The position numbers and the translations under genes were made by a program. Shown here in pieces: positions 55,272-64,000 of a stretch of DNA of 64,000 nucleotides. Source of the DNA: Octopus vulgaris. Lineage: Eukaryota. The stretch covers positions 8,494,001-8,558,000 of the forward strand of contig OX597830.1 of NCBI GenBank assembly GCA_951406725.2, written 5' to 3'. The stretch's first letter is position 1. The number at the start of each line of letters is the position of its first letter. The notes beneath the pieces were generated by a model. The model made no database searches. It had not been told where the DNA came from and saw only the letters and a list, made by a program, of their open reading frames with translations.

Positions 55272-55328
<57 letters not shown>
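54888..55328. repeat. Compound (AAT)n/(ACT)n/(GAT)n microsatellite
   Basis: Direct inspection. Confidence 0.95.
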
Positions 55329-56179
55329 CTTTTCTGCTCTAGGCACAAGGCCCGAAAATTTTTTGGGCGGGGTCTAGTCGATTCCAGTACGAAACAGATT
55401 CTTGATTTATCGTCCCCGAAAAGATGAAGGGCAAAGTCGACCTAGACAGAATTTGAACTCAGAACGTAGCAGAACGTGGGCCCCACCTGCAAGGTCATGC
55501 GCTGTTTATCTTGATATGAAAGCACTATGCCGCGCACATATGGTTGTGATGCATATGCCTAGTGTACCCTTATCAATCGGGTAGTCATGATGGGTATACC
55601 GGGCTTCGTTTATTTGTACCCCAGTGTCAATTTGATGGCATACACTGCTGTCTCACTCAATAATAGTAGTAGTAGTAACAGTAACAACAACAACAACAAC
55701 AAAAATATTGATTGTAATAATAATAAAAATAATTATGATAATGATAGTGATTATAAGGTAGCGTGAAGACGATGAAGAATAGGAGGGAAAAATAATGGCC
55801 TTCACTCTCTCTCTCTCTGGCAAACTGTTTGTCTTGCGGTAAGAAGACATTCGAATACGTGTAATATAGAGACATCCACCTAATGACAACTTATGGAATG
55901 ATGTGTGCACACCTATCTCAACACTTTAGTATATACCTATGTATGTTTACCCTCACGATCACATGGGTAAACACGCTAATTACATGTATATATACATACA
56001 CTCACGCATACATACATGTGCGTGTATGTGTGTGTGTGTTTTGTATTTAGACGTTCAGGCGAGTCGCCCTAAGGCGCTTGATTATATGTGTGTGTGTGTG
56101 TGTGTGTGTATGTCTGTGTGTGTGCATTTGAATATATATATATGTATGTATATACGTATGAACATAAGTATGCACACAC

Positions 56180-56211
<32 letters not shown>

Positions 56212-56324
56212 ACACACATACATATATATATATATATACACCCACATACATATATATGTATATGTATATGTAAATATATATGTGATATATGTAATATATA
56301 ATAATAATGATAATAATAATAATG

Positions 56325-56413
<89 letters not shown>

Positions 56414-56481
56414 AATGTTGATAATAATAATAATAATATAAATAGTATACTAATTCCTTCTATTGAAGCTCTTTTAAACCT

Positions 56482-56527
56482 TCTCTGATGGTAGAGTATC
56501 ATTTATTTCTCTGAAACAGCTGTAAGA
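56482..56527 (+). ncRNA. Type I HHR motif, A9G variant
   Basis: tct-CTGATGG-tagag..ctct-GAAA-cagctg-TA-aga. Confidence 0.55.
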
Positions 56528-56626
56528 TCACCTTTCTATTATTAAATGTCCTAAGAATATCAAATTGCCTTGGCCTGCTCATCTTAGTTCATTTAACACA
56601 CACACACACATACAGCTTCTGGCGTA

Positions 56627-56689
<63 letters not shown>

Positions 56690-56743
56690 TATTATTATTA
56701 CTATTATTATTATTATTATTACTATTATTATTATTATTATTAC

Positions 56744-56801
<58 letters not shown>

Positions 56802-57348
56802 GAGTGAGCGAGCAGAGCATGCCATCAAAGTGACACTGGGGTAAAATATACGAAGCCCAGTATACCCATCATGACTACCCGTCTGATAAGGGTACACCAG
56901 GCACATGCATCACAACCATATGTGCGCGACATGGTGATCTCATATCAAGATAAACAGCACATGACCTTGCAGGTGGGGCCCAGTTAGAATTTTCTTCAGA
57001 TCGAGTAACCCATCCCGCTCAAAAGGTCCCTGAATAAGGGTTGTTTAAGGACGTTGAACGAAACACCCATGTTTCCAGAGGTGAATTATTCAAACCCCAA
57101 AGAATCCCTCTCAACACATGGCTATGATGCTCCCCCACTACTTCTGCTCGTGATCAGAGATGCACATATCGTCAGCCACTAAGGGACATGCTCAACTGGT
57201 TAAGGTCAAACAACTGACAAGCAAATCTGTGGTATTGAGCAGAATATTTGCTGTAGCCCATCTTTTATACCAAGACAAAACAATGTACATGATAACACTT
57301 CCAATCAGTTAAGATCAGAAGCCATGAGAGCCACTGCCTGGTACTGCA

Positions 57349-57349
<1 letters not shown>
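56802..57349 (-). mobile_element. Family C repeat, longest copy
   Basis: Reverse complement of 53357-53877; (ATT)n on both sides. Confidence 0.85.
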
Positions 57350-57408
<59 letters not shown>

Positions 57409-57409
57409 G

Positions 57410-58450
57410 CTAGTTTCTTTAACGGAGCTGCAGTCCAGGGTAAAACAGAGACCGAGAGGGAGCATTTGGCAACTAGAATATCTTCAAGCGTTCACAGCCC
57501 TCTGCCAATCGGAGACTGCCATAGGTGGAACGTCCACTGCAGCTTTTTATAGAGGATTGGCGGGGAAAAAAGTACAACAACGTTCTTGGAGACACTTCGG
57601 GCGTCGAAGAAGATCAACTAGCCGCTCTTTTCTGGAGAACTTTCGGCCCGAGACCGATGGATAATTTCCAAAAATCTCTGGCTTGGCAGTGCTAACGAGG
57701 AGCGTTGTCTATTCGAGATAAACTTTGCAGGCACGGAACTGCAATCAGCTGAGTATTTCCGAGATGCGTGCAGGATGACGAGACGGTCCTGCTTGCACTC
57801 GTTCAGTGCCCGAACATTGCTGACCTGTGGGTTTTTGCTGAACACTTGCTGTCACGCGTGGGACGGATCCGGCTAACAACTGAATCCATCGTGAAGATCG
57901 CCCTACCGCCTTCCTTTAACCGAGAAGGAAATGCTGTGCTTATATGCCTGGTGGCCATGACGAAAGCGGTTGTATGGTGGCCGAGATTGAAGCGGCTGAA
58001 GACAAACATTTTTCTCTGTGGCCAATCCCTGATCAACTTCTTCAAGTTTCACTTGAAAAGGAAATTAAGGGTAGAAAGGGAAGTGTTGTCTTCTAGACAG
58101 TTTGCCGAAAGATAGATGAAAGTGGCGAGAATGGTGTGAGTGAACAGGTCTGCCAGAGTATACGCTCGTAGTTGAAAAAAAAAAAAAAAGGAAAGGGAAA
58201 AAGGCACCTGCCCCAAAAGTCAGGGCACCAGTGGTTGATTAAAGGGTTTTTTGTCCATGAGCAACCCTTGAATGTCTCCTCTCAATTGAAGTCACACATT
58301 GTTGATTTTTTAAAAAAAATGTGTTGGTCTTGTTTACACGCAAAACCCTCACAACACACTCACACTCATACACTCACACGTTCTTTGTTTTGTCTTGTAC
58401 TGTCCCTAATGTTTTTCTTAATGTAAACCCTTGTGGTTAATGAAGAAATC
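57410..58450 (+). pseudogene. Tx1/L1-like LINE 3' end (zf-RVT-like region, 3' UTR, simple-repeat tail)
   Basis: FQKSLAWQC*RGALSIRDKL...PRCVQDDETVLLALVQCPNIADLW...VVWWPR; UTR ends at (ATT)n. Confidence 0.75.
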
Positions 58451-58466
58451 ATGATTATTATTATTA

Positions 58467-58530
<64 letters not shown>

Positions 58531-58855
58531 TGAGTGAGAGAAGTAAAATATAAGAAGCCCAGTATACCCATCATGACTACCCCTCTGTTAAGGGTCACCA
58601 GGCACATGCATCACAATCATATGTGCGCGACATGGTGATCTTATAAATCGAGATATTATTATTATTATTATATAGATTCAAATTTTGGCACAAGACCAGC
58701 AATTTCGGGGGAGCGGGTAAGCCGTATATATTTTGTGTATACATGTATATAAATGTGTATATATGTACAAAATGCACGCGAGCACTCCACACAGACACAC
58801 ACACACACGCAAACACACACACACATATATATATATATATGTATATATTTATAGT

Positions 58856-59550
58856 GTAATAAATAAAATATATGCATACATACAAACATATATGTACGTA
58901 CCTACATCTACATGTATATATACATGCATATATAAATATATATACGTGAGTACAGGACACCACAACCAGACTCCGTTTAAGCCAGAAAAAAGACCTTTTC
59001 GTTGGTTTTTCTCGTTCGTTTTCTTGTTTATTTTGGTTTCTCGTATTGTATTTTCTTTTTATTTCTCGTTTTGTATTTTCTTGTGCATGTATTTTTATCT
59101 TGTATTTTATTGTGCAGTTTTATTGTTACGTCCTGTTTGTGTTACATTTTTTTCTTGCTTGTTTTTACCCCTCTGCGAGGTAATTTTATTTTAATTCTCT
59201 CGCAGGAAGACCTAGTTTTGACGAGTCGTGTCCTGTCTTGCCTTCGAAACACGCTTGAGTCTAACTAGCGACAGCTGATGATTGGGGATTTTTCCTTGTG
59301 TAGTATGTCCTATACTTTGTTTTTCTGTTGTAAAAAAATGTTTTTCCCGTTTCTGTTTCTCGTCCAGTTCCACGTCTCTGTTTTTCTGTTGTAAAAAAAT
59401 GGCTTTTCCGTTTTCGTTTCTCGTTGAGTTCTACATCTAGTTGTGGTGTCCTGTACTCACGTATATATATTTATATATGCATGTATGTATACATGTAGAT
59501 GTAGGTACGTACATATATGTTTGTATGTATGCATATATTTTATTTATTAC
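58856..59550 (+). mobile_element. Family Y element with 111-bp inverted termini (58856-58966 / 59440-59550)
   Basis: Termini homologous to 19488-19590; internal reverse-order HHR-like motif. Confidence 0.7.
59212..59288 (+). ncRNA. Reverse-order (scrambled) HHR-like motif, family Y variant
   Basis: cgtg-TC-ctgtc-ttgccttc-GAAA-cacg-...-gacag-CTGATGA-ttgggga; stems I and III covary with 19689-19765. Confidence 0.6.
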
Positions 59551-59626
59551 CCTATTGTCTGACAGCGCCTTCGCGTCGGGTTCGTTTCGATTCGTCGCTT
59601 CGTTCCGTTTCTTATCCTCCCAGAAC

Positions 59627-59707
<81 letters not shown>

Positions 59708-59782
59708 TACAGACATGTATATTTTAGGCATAATTATGTAGATCAATTAACACATGCCCTTATATGGCTATCTATCTGTCTG

Positions 59783-59855
<73 letters not shown>

Positions 59856-61079
59856 TTATTTATCTATCTGTCTCAGTGTCTGTCTGTCTGACCATGTCTA
59901 TGTTAAAAGACCGCAGGGTGGATAGGATACCCCCTCGTATGTATGTAAACATGAACATTTTCTTGATACCTTAATTCAAGGTATATATATATATATATTT
60001 ATATATATTTATACCGACATGTATGTATAGTCCATGTATACACGCTGTCACACTATGCATAAGCGTACACAGGTATTATATGTCATCGTCAGCACCCCAC
60101 CATCACCATAACAACAGCAACAACAACGCTACCACCGCCAAACTGCAACAAAAAACACTACCCCCCACTGTACCACCACTATATTGAAAATACTAGCAAC
60201 ATTACCACTTTCTTAACACCACCACCACCAACAACAACAATCACCACCAACACCAACGCCACTACAATCCCCACCCCCACAAAACAACAACCACCAACAC
60301 CAACACCACCAAAACCACCAACAACAACAACACCACCATCCATCACCACCAACACCATCACCACCACCACCAACAACAACACCACCACCACAACTATAGT
60401 CACAGCATAACTATCACCACAACCTCTAGAAATACTACCACCGTCACCGCCGCCATCAGCAATGCTACCAGTATCAGAACCACCAACCAGCACCACCACC
60501 ACCACCACTACCACCACCACCACCACCATCATTATCACCGTCGCTCGCACCACCACTATACTTAACACCATCACCACCTCCGCCGCCGCCGCCGTCATCT
60601 TCATCCTCACCGTAACCTCACCCTTCATAGCCACCACCCTGTCCACCCTGCGGTCCCTTAACATAGACAGAAGCCAAGCTATTAACATCAAGTCTTGTCC
60701 CTATAATCAACGATCGGCGGCTCTATAATTAAGGCACGAAACAAGTCATTCCTTCACAGCAGAACAGACTTAGGGGCAGCTGACAACACCCATCTGTCGC
60801 CCTGATTCTTTTACGTCAACAGCCCCCTCGGGGAGACCACGCAGGATCAGCCCTTTATACTCATTCAATATATATATATCCATGTATATATATGCACAAT
60901 AAAACAAACTGAGAAACTATATATATATAGTTTTTCAGTTTATATATATATACGGTTACACACACACATATATATATAGTCCTTAAAATGATGATGATGA
61001 TGATGATGAGATATATATATATATAAAAGTATATATAAATGTATATATGCATATATTTGGGCACACATATATACACATG

Positions 61080-61116
<37 letters not shown>

Positions 61117-61121
61117 CTATA

Positions 61122-61218
<97 letters not shown>

Positions 61219-61408
61219 TAAATAAGGGTAGAAATTGATATTACCTGCAATCGTTTTTTATTTCGTATATTTTCATGTCTTGCTTATTTTTACACTTTGG
61301 TTTTTTGCTGAGATTTTTCTTGAGAACACATTCTCGTGGTAAATGGCGATTTGACGTCTATGTTTAGCATATAAGCTGTCCACTTTTAGTGGTCAGTCCT
61401 CTAAATTT

Positions 61409-61488
<80 letters not shown>

Positions 61489-61570
61489 CAAAGAGACAGA
61501 CAGATACATCACCAAGATGTAGCAATGTGCTGGCGGATGGCTGGATGGTTTCTGGGAACATTTTGAACAA

Positions 61571-61738
61571 GTGACCAGGAAATTATGCTGGTTCTATGCA
61601 GGACATTTGCCCTCAGCCGTCTGCACCCAGAAGATGGCATCAAAGAAACAGTTTAGCTACTGGGAGAGACTAAGATACCGCTCTACTCGACTCTATCCCT
61701 TTGCTACGAAGACGGGAGAAATATGCGGTTCCCACCGC

Positions 61739-61792
<54 letters not shown>

Positions 61793-61920
61793 GGGAAGAC
61801 CCTGGAAGGGCTGGCACCAAACTTTAGCATCGAGAGTTATACCAGATCTCAAACGGGACGCTACTGCCTACTGAAAATGTCACATCCATCCCGTATAGAG
61901 TAAGGACCAGGTACTGCAAT
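61571..61920 (+). pseudogene. CR1/L2-like LINE 3' fragment split by (TA)n
   Basis: FSYWERLR...LY..., then KTLEGLAPNFSIESY..QTGRYC after the microsatellite. Confidence 0.55.
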
Positions 61921-62129
61921 AGGAAAGCTAGGACAACACTGTGTGAAGGAACGTGCGCATTTGTTTAGGTCTTTGAAACCTTTCACTGAAATGCAAACAT
62001 TTGAGAGAGAGAAAGGGAAACGGAGAGAAAGAGGGTGTGGGAGAGAAGTATAGTTATATGAAACATAATTTCTTGATTTGCTGAAATAATCTGCCTCTGG
62101 ATGTGTGATAACTACCACACGTCTGTGTG

Positions 62130-62201
<72 letters not shown>

Positions 62202-62570
62202 TATACATTTATATATATACTGTCCGCTTGACAAACGGTGTTGTGTTTTATCTCCTCGTAACTTTGCGGCTCGGCAAAAGTAGACTGATAGAATAAGTAT
62301 CAGGCTTTTTAAAAAATTACTAGGGTCGATTTATTCGACTAAAATTCCTCAAGGTGGTGCTCCAGCATGGCTGCAGTCACATGACCGAGACAAGTAAAAG
62401 AATAAAATAAAAAATCATAAAGGTATACACGCACACACACACACTCACACACACTCACACACACACTCATACATAAAGTCGTAAGACACCCGCTGTTTTT
62501 GTCCTGTTACTATTGTTATTGTTTTTTGTATTTAGTTTTTCCTCGTAGCTTAGTTTTTCCTTGGGGCTAG

Positions 62571-62646
62571 CCGGATCGGAGCGATCTCAAGATTAGTCAG
62601 CCGAAATTGCGAGGATGATCCGGTTCTTGACTGAAGATTAGAGGCT
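62571..62646 (+). ncRNA. Reverse-order (scrambled) HHR-like motif, family X
   Basis: gcga-TC-tcaaga...agcc-GAAA-ttgc...tcttga-CTGAAGA; flanking helix ccggatc/gatccgg is compensatory relative to the 7037 copy. Confidence 0.55.
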
Positions 62647-62780
62647 TCGAATGACCCGTCCGTTTTTTGTGTCGTCTCTTTGAGTGTTTTGCGTTCTTGT
62701 CCCATTTTGTATTTTTATATATATTTTTTATATATATATACCATACATGTATATATGTATATACAAACACACACATATAC

Positions 62781-62853
<73 letters not shown>

Positions 62854-63479
62854 CACTTATACCTATATATATACATACATGCACACACACATATAGGTAT
62901 ATATGATATATAGTAATATGGGCTGTGAGGATTGTATGAAGAGTTATTCTGATATGTTTGATTTAACAAATGTTTGTATTAATCTAGAAAACTTATTTCG
63001 GAAATTTAAATGTAAGCCTTAAAACTTCTCGATTTAAGAATCATATCATTTATTCAATTTTTATTGAATAAATGAATCTAATATAACACTATTTAATCAC
63101 AAGGGTAATTTAGTGAAATCGGATACTTCCATAATATCTTAATTAGAACATTATTCATCATGTGTTTCTTTGCGCCCAAATTATTATGTGAAACTCTGAT
63201 CAAACTTATGTCAGTTTGAACATACTAATAAGATTCAAAATAAGAAAACCTACATTTTGTCGGTTCACGGAAAACGTGCGATGTGCACCGGTTCCAAACA
63301 TTATGGTAACTAAAAAAAAAAATGAAACTGTATCTACATGAAGACACCCTTATCATCTGCCTAACTTCCTCCGCACCAAACACTGGCCAGGTAAAAAATG
63401 GGAGATTTTTGGGCACATACACTGTAAATGCCAATCAGAAACATCAATATCAGTAATTGGCCAGGTGCCCTCCCTGCGT

Positions 63480-63850
63480 CCAGGAGTCGGTTAGCTAAGA
63501 CTCTCTAGTTCCCTGTGCATGCATAGAATCAGCCAAGCACTTGTTTCCCGTATATTCTTTGATGTTCGTCAAACATTTCTAACGTCCTCTTGTTCTCTTC
63601 TCTCCCACACTTCCTCTCAGGATAGTCTTGGACAGTGACTCCTGGTGCATTATTTGTCCAAAATGTGATCGGTTTTTCAACTTGATTCTCGACAAATAAG
63701 GACTTGGACTTACAGCTTTGTTAGTGCTGCAGAGTTCGTTGCTTTGTCTTTTCAGCATTTTTCTGCTCAATTTGCGAAAGACCCACATCCAAAAGTAGCT
63801 CTCTTTCTTTCCATTATTTTGTATATTGCCCAAGTTTCTGCCTTTTAGAG
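63480..63850 (-). pseudogene. RTE-clade LINE 3' fragment
   Basis: FWMWVFRKL...HFGQIMHQESLSKTILRGSVGEKRTRGR. Confidence 0.7.
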
Positions 63851-64000
63851 ATCAACTGACGCAATGTAACAGTTTACGAGCCTAAGTTTCCAGGAGATGA
63901 AAAATAAACAAATATTAGCTTCTCGCCCTGAGGCAACGAGCTGGCAGAAGCGTTACCGCGCTGGGCGAAATGATTAAGGATATTTCTTCCGACTTTACGT

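Overview
Eukaryotic, AT-rich, microsatellite-saturated non-coding DNA. The SINE families and repeat landscape look like an octopus/cephalopod genome (inference from recall, not a search). I found no credible host exon; nearly all listed ORFs are (TA)n/(CA)n/(TAA)n/(CAC)n read-throughs. Recognisable content: two decayed mariner transposases, LINE fragments (R4/Dong-like, HERO/R2-like, Tx1/L1-like, RTE, CR1/L2), several tRNA-type SINE families, a Helitron, a TTAA-flanked piggyBac-type MITE, and a 5S rRNA pseudogene fused to a SINE tail. The main signal is RNA structure. There are more than a dozen hammerhead-ribozyme (HHR) motifs in short Penelope-like fold-back elements next to (TA)n. There is also a near-perfect 489/490-bp tandem array with one intact HHR per unit (retrozyme-like). 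Finally, five copies from two repeat families carry all three HHR core strands in reversed order (NUH strand, then GAAA strand, then CUGANGA strand), with covarying stems I and III; this is not one of the type I/II/III circular permutations. All structures were paired by eye and none is shown to be active.
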